A DNA stretch of 58,013 bases from a virus (Duplodnaviria > Heunggongvirae > Uroviricota > Caudoviricetes), in the IMG/VR virus record IMGVR_UViG_3300045988_029198, positions 1-58,013 of that record; one strand, written 5' to 3'. The notes under the pieces are model-generated. The model saw nothing but the letters and a program-made list of their open reading frames with translations. It did no database searches and had not been told where the DNA came from. Numbering within the stretch: the stretch's first letter is position 1; every line of letters starts with the position of its first letter. The translations under genes and the position numbers were made by a program. Of the stretch, positions 8,905 to 17,837 are shown piece by piece.

Positions 8905-9315
8905 TCAGAACGGAATGTCGTCTGAAAAGTCCATCGGAGGCTCATTGCCTCCTTGTGGGCTTTGTTGTTTTTGTGGCTGCTGTTGCTGATTTGTTACCCA
9001 TCCGCCTTGAGGTTGTTGGCCTGATTGCTGGCGCGGTTGCTGACCAGAATCATCACGTTTACCACCAAGCATCTGCATAACGCCACCCATCTGTGGAATG
9101 ACAATCTCCGTAGTGTATCGGTCTACGCCGTTGCTGTCAGACCACTTACGAGTGCGCAGCTGTCCTTCGATATAAACCTGTGAACCTTTGCGAAGGTATT
9201 CTCCTGCAACTTCCGCAAGTTTCCCGAAGATGACTATGCGATGCCATTCAGTCTGTTCCTTCTTTTCTCCTGTCTGCTTATCTTTCCACTGCTCAGATGT
9301 TGCAACAAAAAACAA
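8905..9315 (-). CDS. ssb: N-terminally truncated SSB-like protein (TTG start), retains acidic C-terminal tip DDIPF
   Basis: 136 aa aligns with E. coli SSB from about residue 33 to the C-terminus ([17 protein letters not shown]...[15 protein letters not shown]...MDFSDDIPF); an in-frame TAA lies 3 codons upstream of the TTG, so the first OB-fold strand is absent. Confidence 0.6.
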   Translation of the reverse strand: MFFVATSEQWKDKQTGEKKEQTEWHRIVIFGKLAEVAGEYLRKGSQVYIEGQLRTRKWSDSNGVDRYTTEIVIPQMGGVMQMLGGKRDDSGQQPRQQSGQQPQGGWVTNQQQQPQKQQSPQGGNEPPMDFSDDIPF

Positions 9316-9336
9316 GCCAACGGCTTAGATAACTTG

Positions 9337-11868
9337 TTATAAATCATCCTGATAATAACGTGCATCGTAATTGATGCACGTTAAACCTACCTGATAGTTA
9401 TTATCCCTTCCTGACGGTTCCATACTCTGAACAAGCATTGCTAATTTGCTACGCTCATCATCAGCACGGATCACATATGCTGTACGGTCACGCAACCATC
9501 CTGTATAAATTTCTTCAGATGGCTGGTAAGCCATTATCACGGAAAATTTATCATCCCCGGCAGTTACAGGAATGTTTTCAAGTGTTCCCAGTCGGTGTGT
9601 TAACGTTATGCTGTATGTATTACCCGTGGCGAACGTAACAGGATCGCTAAGAATAAGTGTTAAACCATCAACATCGACTACAATGCCTTCATGCTGTTTC
9701 ATACGAGTGTTATCAATCATATCCACACGCATGCCTGGAGTAGCCTGTAACCCGATACTAAGCGCTGTACATTCGTGAGTAATACGTTGGTAACGCAACT
9801 TATTCATCTCACGATTAGCACGGATATTTGCAAGATATCGCGATTGACACGCAACAAGATCTATCTTATTAAGGTTTGTTTCTTCACCTTTGGTTACATA
9901 CAAATATGATTTTTCATCGTGGTCGAAGTATTTAACCTGAACACCCGTATATTCTTTAGGTGGTGCAAAAGAACGTGTGCGTTTATCACTGTCAGGGATC
10001 TTAAACGCGTGACCAAACTGCATTGCTGACTGGTCCTGCGGTAATTCAGGCCAGAAATACAATACACTACCGATCTGATACGGTTTAACATTCACCGTGT
10101 TACAGATAGTGTCCAATCCTTCTTCGTACGTCGTACTGTTATTATCAAACGTATAGCCAACTTCAATTGCTCGTTGGTCACCAAAATATTCAAAAAGTTG
10201 TTCCTGAACAGCATATAAAGCATCGCGATCAATAGTGTCCAATGTGCGACGACCAAATAAAGGATCTGTGTGCATTGACATTACAACGTCTGCAAAATTA
10301 CTACTTGCAACATCGTTATACACACGTGTTGCAATCATGTTTAATTTACGTTCTTTTTGTTTCAGTGCAGCGTTTGTTGCTTTCGTCACAGTATGGATCA
10401 ATGTCACATCACCGTAGGAACGCGGGGAAACGTTCGTGATAGCGTATAAATCGCGCCACTTAATGTTATCAACAACAGACCCTTCGAAATCTTTGTCTGT
10501 ATTTGACAGTCGTCTTACAGACACGTTAACAGGACCGTCAAAAGGGTTGTCCACAATTAACGAACTGCCTACAGCTTCTGTATAGCGACCACTGACAGAC
10601 ATAGAATGTGTCACATTTGTTTTCACACCGTTCGGGTCCGACAAAACTACCTGGAAGTTACAGGTAAACGGGTAAACATCACCGTCCGTTTTATACACGC
10701 CATTCTGTGCATAAAGGTTAATCATCAACTTATCCGCACTATCAATCAGATAAGGCCCGACAACATATGGCATGGTACTGTCAAGAGACGGTGAAAATTT
10801 GTATAAAAAATTTCCGCTTCCTTCAGTGGGTTCAAATTCCCAGTAACCGTCGTTTCGCAAGTAAGCCTGTGTATATGCAGCCTGACCACTTTCAGACAGA
10901 GCATCCCAACCATCACGACCATTAATATCAATGATTAACGTATTCTCACCTGCATAAATAACATCATATTCACCGGACAGGTCATTACGTACATACGTGT
11001 TTAACGGTAACGTATTAGGTGTAAAACTGTAAAATTGTGACAAACGAATTTTACTACCGATTGGTGCACGTTCTGACCAGTCAATCGTAGTGTTATCATC
11101 GCTGGAAATCGTAGTATCAATTTCACCTGTGCTGTAAATTTTAAAACTTGCTTTACTGATATCCGCATAGTTTGGTGGCTTGACTTCAGATCCGTCTGCT
11201 TCGTTCGATGACTTAGCAACCATGATCGGAAAAGTGTTAATATCAATTGCACCACCGATATTCATATACGGAGAACCATAACCAGGTGCATTACCTTTTT
11301 TATAAAAGTCTAATTTTTCACCGCTGATATTTACAGCAGGTGTAATACCATCACGAACGTCTTCGACTTCGTATTCACCAGCACCCAGACACAGAAACTG
11401 AACTTCGTATTCTATTCGGTCAATGAAGATTCGGTAGTCCATTAACAGGTCAGGATATGCCAGTACACGACCACGGATATCAGAAATACGTTCACCCGGT
11501 CGTGAAGCATTAGTACGCCCCTGAAGCGCGTTGTTAGACGACGCTGAACGTGAATTCTTAAGATTAGCCGACGCACTGGTGTTCGGCATAAACAATTTTA
11601 AAATGGGGTTTAGAATTGTGCTAATAACTTTCGTTATTGCACTAACCACTCCACCTTTTGGTAGTTCATAAATATGATAAACAGCGTCAGGATCAGTCAA
11701 TACGCTGGGGTCAGTAACCCACTTTTGGGTAATGTTTTCGTCGTTTTTATAAATCAGTAACCCACGCGGACGAACTGTACCCACGGGCCAGCGTTTCAGC
11801 ATCCATTCACCAAAGTCAACGTTATCAGCGTGTTCAACAGGGTTAGTGTGATAGATGACTTTAGACAC
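9337..11868 (-). CDS. tail tip / central tail fibre protein (host-specificity J-like)
   Basis: 843 aa, GTG start; last large gene of the tail operon downstream of tape measure and minor tail proteins. Confidence 0.5.
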   Translation of the reverse strand: MSKVIYHTNPVEHADNVDFGEWMLKRWPVGTVRPRGLLIYKNDENITQKWVTDPSVLTDPDAVYHIYELPKGGVVSAITKVISTILNPILKLFMPNTSASANLKNSRSASSNNALQGRTNASRPGERISDIRGRVLAYPDLLMDYRIFIDRIEYEVQFLCLGAGEYEVEDVRDGITPAVNISGEKLDFYKKGNAPGYGSPYMNIGGAIDINTFPIMVAKSSNEADGSEVKPPNYADISKASFKIYSTGEIDTTISSDDNTTIDWSERAPIGSKIRLSQFYSFTPNTLPLNTYVRNDLSGEYDVIYAGENTLIIDINGRDGWDALSESGQAAYTQAYLRNDGYWEFEPTEGSGNFLYKFSPSLDSTMPYVVGPYLIDSADKLMINLYAQNGVYKTDGDVYPFTCNFQVVLSDPNGVKTNVTHSMSVSGRYTEAVGSSLIVDNPFDGPVNVSVRRLSNTDKDFEGSVVDNIKWRDLYAITNVSPRSYGDVTLIHTVTKATNAALKQKERKLNMIATRVYNDVASSNFADVVMSMHTDPLFGRRTLDTIDRDALYAVQEQLFEYFGDQRAIEVGYTFDNNSTTYEEGLDTICNTVNVKPYQIGSVLYFWPELPQDQSAMQFGHAFKIPDSDKRTRSFAPPKEYTGVQVKYFDHDEKSYLYVTKGEETNLNKIDLVACQSRYLANIRANREMNKLRYQRITHECTALSIGLQATPGMRVDMIDNTRMKQHEGIVVDVDGLTLILSDPVTFATGNTYSITLTHRLGTLENIPVTAGDDKFSVIMAYQPSEEIYTGWLRDRTAYVIRADDERSKLAMLVQSMEPSGRDNNYQVGLTCINYDARYYQDDL

Positions 11869-12220
11869 TTTTCATTCTCCAGAACGTGATTTCTTTATGT
11901 GCTGTCTTGATTATACTTAAAGGTGATCTGATTGTCTGTCCTGGTGAATCACCAGGTGGCTGATAACAATGATGAACCATTCCACAATCCCACACGCCGA
12001 CATGAAAACCGCCTGAATATCTGTTCTTCATCAGTACAAGCGCGCCTTGTTCCGGTGTGGTAATTGATGAAAAACGTTTTCGCATCCATCTGACAAACGC
12101 AATATCCCATTCATCACCTGAAACAGTTTTCAATACGTGTGGGTAATTGTGCACCTGATACCACTGACTGACCTCGTGTGTACAATTCCATTTATCAATA
12201 TCGTAGCGATCACCGATCAT
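11861..12220 (-). CDS. tail-associated NlpC/P60-family peptidase (gpK-like)
   Basis: 119 aa; Cys-His-His arrangement (WNCTHE, GFHVGVW, VHHCY); tail operon position. Confidence 0.55.
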   Translation of the reverse strand: MIGDRYDIDKWNCTHEVSQWYQVHNYPHVLKTVSGDEWDIAFVRWMRKRFSSITTPEQGALVLMKNRYSGGFHVGVWDCGMVHHCYQPPGDSPGQTIRSPLSIIKTAHKEITFWRMKSV

Positions 12221-12723
12221 GTTGCATACGCCAGCAATGTAGGAAAACGTTCGAACGTATATAATTCACCTGTCCCGGCGAAGTTTGTAATAGGTGGTGA
12301 TGCTGTGAACGTACAACCCTGTGGTTCGGTAGTAATATCACCAGATTCCAGAAGATATGGCCCATCCTGAATATCAGACATGGAACCATCTTCACGATAA
12401 ACAAACGTTCGTAACTCAACAGATGGTTTTTCATTACTGTCAAGCGGAATTAAGTCCAGATATACACCGACGACTTCATTCAGATCCTGAATGGTGAATG
12501 AATAATCCTGTGATAAATCGTTTTGTTTATTCGCCTTCTTGACGGACATAGGAACGTATTCGTACTCATATTCCTTACCGTCTTCATGTACAGCGATAAA
12601 TCCCGGATAAACACTGGTTATGTATACCGGATTGGGCCATGAACTGTGATTCAGTTTCACACCGTCAACAACACCTTTACCAGTTGTTGCAACGGTTAAT
12701 AATTCACGCAGTTCGTCTTTCAT
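12217..12723 (-). CDS. minor tail protein
   Basis: ATG at codon 5 of track ORF overlaps upstream stop; between tape measure and tail tip genes. Confidence 0.45.
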   Translation of the reverse strand: MKDELRELLTVATTGKGVVDGVKLNHSSWPNPVYITSVYPGFIAVHEDGKEYEYEYVPMSVKKANKQNDLSQDYSFTIQDLNEVVGVYLDLIPLDSNEKPSVELRTFVYREDGSMSDIQDGPYLLESGDITTEPQGCTFTASPPITNFAGTGELYTFERFPTLLAYAT

Positions 12724-13223
12724 TCTGGTGTCCACGCGTTATTTAAGAGTAAGCCAGTATCAATAATTTCTTTAAGGTAACAAGCAGCATAATCACCCTG
12801 GCATTTAGTGATTAACAATCGTGATGCCATTGCACAACGGTCGATTACCGGAACAGCTTGTAACTGTAAATCGACAGATCCTTTCCATCCTACAACAGAG
12901 GATGAAGGGTTACTGACAATCTGAACAACGTGTTCCTGAATCAAACCGTTCACAAACAGTTGCATCACAAACCGCTTACTACCTTCAGCGATTTCCAGAT
13001 TATAAAAATCGTCCCACCACTGAAGCATCGCCGGACTATATAACTGAATTGTACACGATACCTGAGCAGGTCCACCAAAGGCGCTACGACCTAACCGTGA
13101 TAACGTCCCGGAAACATCAGATTTAGTTACACCCCACGGTGGGCTATAACTGTAATTATCACGCTCAGGTAACACCATTTTCGCGCCGTACTCAAGCCGT
13201 GGTAAATCATCTGTATTGCTCAT
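12720..13223 (-). CDS. minor tail protein
   Basis: 167 aa directly downstream of tape measure gene, overlapping stop/start. Confidence 0.45.
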   Translation of the reverse strand: MSNTDDLPRLEYGAKMVLPERDNYSYSPPWGVTKSDVSGTLSRLGRSAFGGPAQVSCTIQLYSPAMLQWWDDFYNLEIAEGSKRFVMQLFVNGLIQEHVVQIVSNPSSSVVGWKGSVDLQLQAVPVIDRCAMASRLLITKCQGDYAACYLKEIIDTGLLLNNAWTPE

Positions 13224-15790
13224 TATATTTTCCTGTTCGCATCATAGTTAGACCTGAACGCTTTATTCGTCTGACTGTACGGGTCATTCCATTGTGCCGC
13301 TGATTGTCGTGGGAATTCTTCACCTATGATAAGCACTACGTCATCCCGTGTTAATCCTTGTTTCACCTGAACACGTTCGCCACCGTAGTTATGAACCTGA
13401 ATATTAGGTGATGAACCACCTTCAGATCCGGGGGTGTATGTCCCACGATTCATTGCTTCCAGAGTGCTACGATAACGACTCGTAGCCTGTTTGGTACTGA
13501 CAAATTCACCATTACTCAAACGTGCGTTTATACTGTCACTCTGACCTGTACCCGGACCTTTAACATAACCACCCGTTGCAAAACCTGTTGCAGCCACAGA
13601 CTGAATGTTACCTAACACGCTTGTCCCGTATGATAAAGCCTGTGCAATGAACGGAATATTCGCCGGGAACGGCAACGTCATAGCCTGACTAACGGCTGTC
13701 CACAGGTTAATACTCGCCTGTGCGATACTAAAGGCTTTAGACAGTGCAAACATCGCTTTATATGCGTTTGATTGCTCACCTTTAGATTGTGCCAGACCAG
13801 CAGCCATTTGACCCAAAAAATCAGCACTGGATTGTAGCAACAAGCTGTAGTTAGCATTTGCAAGATTCATACGGGCTTGTTCCCCGGCCTGTTGAATCTG
13901 CGTTTTCATGTCCTGGTATTGTTGTTCGTTGATTAAATCTTGTTCACGGGCTTGTTGTATGACAGTAAGGCGTTGTGCTTCCTGCTGATTAACCTGATCA
14001 ACCTGTGATTGATACGGGTTTAACTCACCCTGTACATCGGTTTGTACCTGTGAAACCTGACCAGCTAACTGTTGCGCCTGCTGTTGACGTTGCAATGCAG
14101 CTACATGTGCATCAACAGCGGCACGTTCAGCATCAGTCGCGTCTTTATTCAGTCGTGACTGTGCTTCCGCCTGTTGTGAAGCCAGCGTTAACTGTTGACG
14201 TACCTGATATTCTTTCTGATACGTTGCTGTAAGTTGTTCAACAGACGATCCTTGTGTTAAAGCAATCTGAACCTGTTCGCGTGCTAACTGAACATCATAA
14301 TTACCAGCGTTGATTTTATCCTGAAGAGTTTTCAGGTATTTCTGGTTAGCAGCCTGATTACGTTCCAGTTCTTTCTGTGCACGTTTAGCCGCAGACGCTT
14401 CAGCACTCGCTGATTTCTTCTGGTTTTTTTGATTTTCTTTATATTCTGCCTGTTGTTTCAACAATGCAGCATAGTCTGCAATCTGTTCCTTAGTTGCTTT
14501 GTTACCCAGTTTCTGACTTGCTGCCAGTTCATAATTACCGTCAGCAAGCGCCTGGGTGTAAGTGATCTGTTCTTTCAGGTTTTTAATCTGTTTTTGTGCT
14601 TCCGCGTCTGATGCATTTGTCCCTTTTATAGAAATAGGTTTTGTAACATCACTGTTTTTTTTAGCTTGTTCGTATCCAGCAGCAGATGCTTTAACAAATC
14701 TATCAACCTGGTCATTGTACGCTTTTGCATTATTTACATCATCATTTGACCAGACCAGATCGGCAAGGGATGCCCCGATAGCACCTGGATGTAACTTAGA
14801 TATTACGCCAGCTATTGACCACAATTTATCAGCAGTTGTTGTTGAATCATCGCCTAATTTATTGATGAAACCTGTAAGTGTATCAATGACGTTTACAGCA
14901 AGATTTGATGCTCCAGTCACGTCATTCATACTTGCAACAAACGTGGCTAACGATACAGATAACGAATTCGTAGCCTGATCTAAAGACCGTGGCAATTTGC
15001 TAAATTCTTCATCAACATTTTGCGTTTGACGAATGATAGCATTCAATGCTTGTTCCGCTGTGAGTTCACCATTCAGCATTTGCTGACGTAACTCACCCAT
15101 TGAAACACCTAAACCAGCAGCCATCTGTCTTGCCAGTTCTGGCATCTGTTCAACAATGCTGTTAAATTCTTCCGCACGAACTACACCAGATGAAATTGAC
15201 TGACCAAACTGACGTAATGCGTTAGACATTTCTTCAGCAGATGAACCACCAACACGACCTATTTTCTGAAGTGTTTCAGTTAATCGTAATATCTGATCGT
15301 TTGTTGCCCCGCTATCCTTTAATGACGATGATAAGGTTTCCCATAAACGTTCAGTATCAGCAAGACCACCACCTGTTTTAGAGGCAATATCCGCGAGTGT
15401 TTGAAATGTTTGTTCGGCTGATGATGTACTCCCGGTCAATCTTGCAATACGAGCTTCGAGTTGATTAGCTGCATCACCCGCAACAATAAACGCTTTTCCT
15501 AACTCAATAGCAGAAGACACCGCACCTATTGCCATAAAACCACGAACGGCGTTTGTTGCAAGATTTACGCCAGATGCCATCGACTTTAAAGATGATGTAG
15601 CGTTACCAGTATTTGACGCCATTACTTGTGCAGATTTTGCAGCTTGCTGTTCACTTTTTGATAAAGTGTTTGCAGCTTGTGCGGCAGATTTTGCAGAATT
15701 AGCTGTTTGGTCTAACTGGTTATTAAGACTGTTAAGATTTCTGTCAGCGTTACCAGTGTCTATTTTTATATCAATCGGATACTGTGCCAT
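13223..15790 (-). CDS. tail tape measure protein
   Basis: 855 aa from ATG at codon 7 of track ORF; long Ala/Gln-rich coiled-coil-like sequence; follows chaperone genes. Confidence 0.8.
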   Translation of the reverse strand: MAQYPIDIKIDTGNADRNLNSLNNQLDQTANSAKSAAQAANTLSKSEQQAAKSAQVMASNTGNATSSLKSMASGVNLATNAVRGFMAIGAVSSAIELGKAFIVAGDAANQLEARIARLTGSTSSAEQTFQTLADIASKTGGGLADTERLWETLSSSLKDSGATNDQILRLTETLQKIGRVGGSSAEEMSNALRQFGQSISSGVVRAEEFNSIVEQMPELARQMAAGLGVSMGELRQQMLNGELTAEQALNAIIRQTQNVDEEFSKLPRSLDQATNSLSVSLATFVASMNDVTGASNLAVNVIDTLTGFINKLGDDSTTTADKLWSIAGVISKLHPGAIGASLADLVWSNDDVNNAKAYNDQVDRFVKASAAGYEQAKKNSDVTKPISIKGTNASDAEAQKQIKNLKEQITYTQALADGNYELAASQKLGNKATKEQIADYAALLKQQAEYKENQKNQKKSASAEASAAKRAQKELERNQAANQKYLKTLQDKINAGNYDVQLAREQVQIALTQGSSVEQLTATYQKEYQVRQQLTLASQQAEAQSRLNKDATDAERAAVDAHVAALQRQQQAQQLAGQVSQVQTDVQGELNPYQSQVDQVNQQEAQRLTVIQQAREQDLINEQQYQDMKTQIQQAGEQARMNLANANYSLLLQSSADFLGQMAAGLAQSKGEQSNAYKAMFALSKAFSIAQASINLWTAVSQAMTLPFPANIPFIAQALSYGTSVLGNIQSVAATGFATGGYVKGPGTGQSDSINARLSNGEFVSTKQATSRYRSTLEAMNRGTYTPGSEGGSSPNIQVHNYGGERVQVKQGLTRDDVVLIIGEEFPRQSAAQWNDPYSQTNKAFRSNYDANRKI

Positions 15791-15852
15791 TGTGGTTAAC
15801 CTTTTCACGAAGCATATACACAGTTTAACACGGGTCTAAAAAGCGACAAACG

Positions 15853-15900
15853 TTTAAAATAATTCTTGACGGATTACACAAGGACGTGTAACCTACAATC
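15853..15900 (+). promoter_or_regulatory. conserved promoter module copy (TTTAAAATAATTCTTGACG) with extended leader shared with the copy at 33201
   Basis: -35 TTGACG about 15866-15871 with AT-rich UP-like element; ~70 bp nearly identical to 33201-33272 including GGAGG RBS. Confidence 0.55.
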
Positions 15901-15924
15901 AACAAAACAACGGAGGGTTACAAA

Positions 15925-16104
15925 ATGGCTACTTTCATCATTCTTTTCTTAATCGGTGCTGTATATCTGATCCCAGCACTCATCGCGATTAACGTTAAAC
16001 ATAAACAACAAACAGCAATTATTTTACTTAACATCTTTGCGGGTTGGACATTCGTCGGTTGGTTAGGTGCGTTAATCTGGTCTGTGTTAAAAAGCGACAA
16101 ATAA
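15925..16104 (+). CDS. small membrane protein, superinfection-immunity-like (Imm_superinfect-type)
   Basis: 59-aa ORF below track cutoff; GGAGGG RBS 7 nt upstream; sequence AIILLNIFAGWTFVGWLGALIWSV; stop is 1 nt before HE1 start. Confidence 0.55.
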   Translation: MATFIILFLIGAVYLIPALIAINVKHKQQTAIILLNIFAGWTFVGWLGALIWSVLKSDK

Positions 16105-16105
16105 G

Positions 16106-17017
16106 ATGAGTAGGAAACGTTTAACCACAGAAGAGTTTATCACGCGTGCCCGTGAAGTTCATGGACACAAATACGATTACTCGCTAGTGGAGTATGTGAA
16201 TTGGCGCACACCTGTGAAAATCATCTGTCCTATACATGGAGTGTTTGAACAAATTCCTAATAATCATTTAAAAGGACGCAAGTGTTTATTCTGTGCAGGA
16301 AATCAACAATCAAATACCAATGAATTTACCACAAGGGGGCGCGAAGTTCATGGGGGTAAGTATGGTTATTCGTTGGTGAAATATAAAGACTCTCGGGCCA
16401 AAGTGAAAATCATTTGTCCGATACACGGAATGTTTGAACAACGTCCATATAGTCACTTGCAGCAAAAAGCAGGTTGCCCACAATGTGCTTGGGAACAACT
16501 GTCTGAACAAAGACGTTTATCCGCCGAAGAATTTATTACCCGTGCTCGCGAAGTTCACGGGGACCGTTACGATTATTCGTTGGTGATGTATGTTAACAAT
16601 TCCACCTCTGTAAAAATCATCTGTCCTGAGCATGGGATGTTTGAACAGGCTCCGAACAATCACACTTCAATGAAAACCGGTTGTCCTCGGTGTTCACAAA
16701 CAGGTTTTAACCCGTCAGAACCCGGTACACTCTACGTGTTAGCTGACGATAAAAAGTGCCCTACTCTGCTTAAAGTCGGTATCACAAACGACTTAAAACG
16801 GCGACTACGACAACTACAACGCGAAACAACACACCCAGTGGTTAAACTCGTGTCGTACCCGTTTCCACACGGCGCTGATGCTTACAAACTGGAACAAGAG
16901 GTACACAAGGTCTTCCGTGAACTTAATGCGCGTCTCAAAGGCTTTGACGGTGCTACAGAGTGGTTTAAATACTCTCCTGCAATCCTCGACTACATAAATG
17001 AAAAAGCCCGGAACTAA
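16106..17017 (+). CDS. T5orf172-domain (GIY-YIG superfamily) putative homing endonuclease with three N-terminal Cys/His repeats
   Basis: 303 aa; three ~45-aa repeats EFITRAREVHGxKYDYSLV...VKIICPIHGxFEQ...C; C-terminal LYVL...KVGITNDLKRRLRQLQ T5orf172-like core. Confidence 0.7.
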   Translation: MSRKRLTTEEFITRAREVHGHKYDYSLVEYVNWRTPVKIICPIHGVFEQIPNNHLKGRKCLFCAGNQQSNTNEFTTRGREVHGGKYGYSLVKYKDSRAKVKIICPIHGMFEQRPYSHLQQKAGCPQCAWEQLSEQRRLSAEEFITRAREVHGDRYDYSLVMYVNNSTSVKIICPEHGMFEQAPNNHTSMKTGCPRCSQTGFNPSEPGTLYVLADDKKCPTLLKVGITNDLKRRLRQLQRETTHPVVKLVSYPFPHGADAYKLEQEVHKVFRELNARLKGFDGATEWFKYSPAILDYINEKARN

Positions 17018-17038
17018 CCGGGCTTATGTTTATTTTTC
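17002..17038. terminator. rho-independent terminator at end of HE1
   Basis: hairpin gcccgg-aactaa-ccgggc flanked by A-run and T-run. Confidence 0.65.
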
Positions 17039-17732
17039 TTCATCTCGACAACACGTGCAGACCGCAATGCTACCAATAATTTCCATAGGAACTGTACATC
17101 AACGTTGTACACCCGTGCGTAACGTTCACAGGCAACCCAATCACTATTTATCAAATCAAGATAAGCATACCAATAAAAAACAGCATCAGGTCGCAATTCA
17201 GGACGTTTCTGTACAACAACCGGAACAGATATACCACGTGCAGCCGCCCCTTGTGTAACCCAGTCCAGGTCGTCCCCGTCTGTCTTATCGTTCCACAAGA
17301 GGAAGTCGATCAGTTTTTTTCAATCTGTTTTTCCCATTCGTCCTGGAAGAATGCGGAATTAATTGCGAACTGAATAACACGGCTGTAGATCACCTGACCG
17401 AAACGTTCATCACTTAACAGTTCAATAGCTTCTTCAACACTGAATGGTTCCGGTTTGTCATCTTCACCAATCAGTTTCCAGTCCAGCATAAGAACGTTAG
17501 CCACGAACTTAACACCTTCTGGTGTATATTCCTGATTCCACAGTTTTTCAAAGAAGTTTTCAGACAACACACCGTTCTGTTTTACATAGTCCGCGACTGT
17601 TACGTTATATACCTGGTTAGCGGTGTTCAGGTTCAACACGGTGATACTGAAATTTTCATTTAAAATCAGTTCAGCAGAAGACTTCAGCACCAGTGGAGAA
17701 AGTGCTTTTTTCAGATGGTCAAACTTTGACAT
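17014..17732 (-). CDS. tail assembly chaperone GT fusion product via programmed -1 frameshift
   Basis: Slippery heptamer A_AAA_AAC at 17313..17319 (minus strand) just before the G stop; the -1 frame stays open to the stop at 17014 (track ORF 17014..17298). Confidence 0.5.
17310..17732 (-). CDS. tail assembly chaperone (G-like)
   Basis: 140 aa immediately upstream of tape measure gene; ends ...EWEKQIEKN on slippery run. Confidence 0.6.
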   Translation of the reverse strand: MSKFDHLKKALSPLVLKSSAELILNENFSITVLNLNTANQVYNVTVADYVKQNGVLSENFFEKLWNQEYTPEGVKFVANVLMLDWKLIGEDDKPEPFSVEEAIELLSDERFGQVIYSRVIQFAINSAFFQDEWEKQIEKN

Positions 17733-17792
17733 GGTTTTTACCTTTTATGTAGTAGACGATTAGATAATAATAGTTCTGTACAAATTACGCAA

Positions 17793-17817
17793 CAAAAAAG
17801 CCCGGCGTTAACCGGGC
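17793..17817 (-). terminator. rho-independent terminator downstream of major tail protein gene
   Basis: hairpin gcccgg-cgttaa-ccgggc followed by U-run on minus strand. Confidence 0.6.
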
Positions 17818-17837
17818 AACCACTACCACCCACCATG

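Noticed and set aside
15918-16100. Track ORF on minus strand antisense to the Imm-like gene
   Set aside because: The plus-strand 59-aa ORF has a strong RBS, promoter and membrane-protein features; the antisense ORF has none
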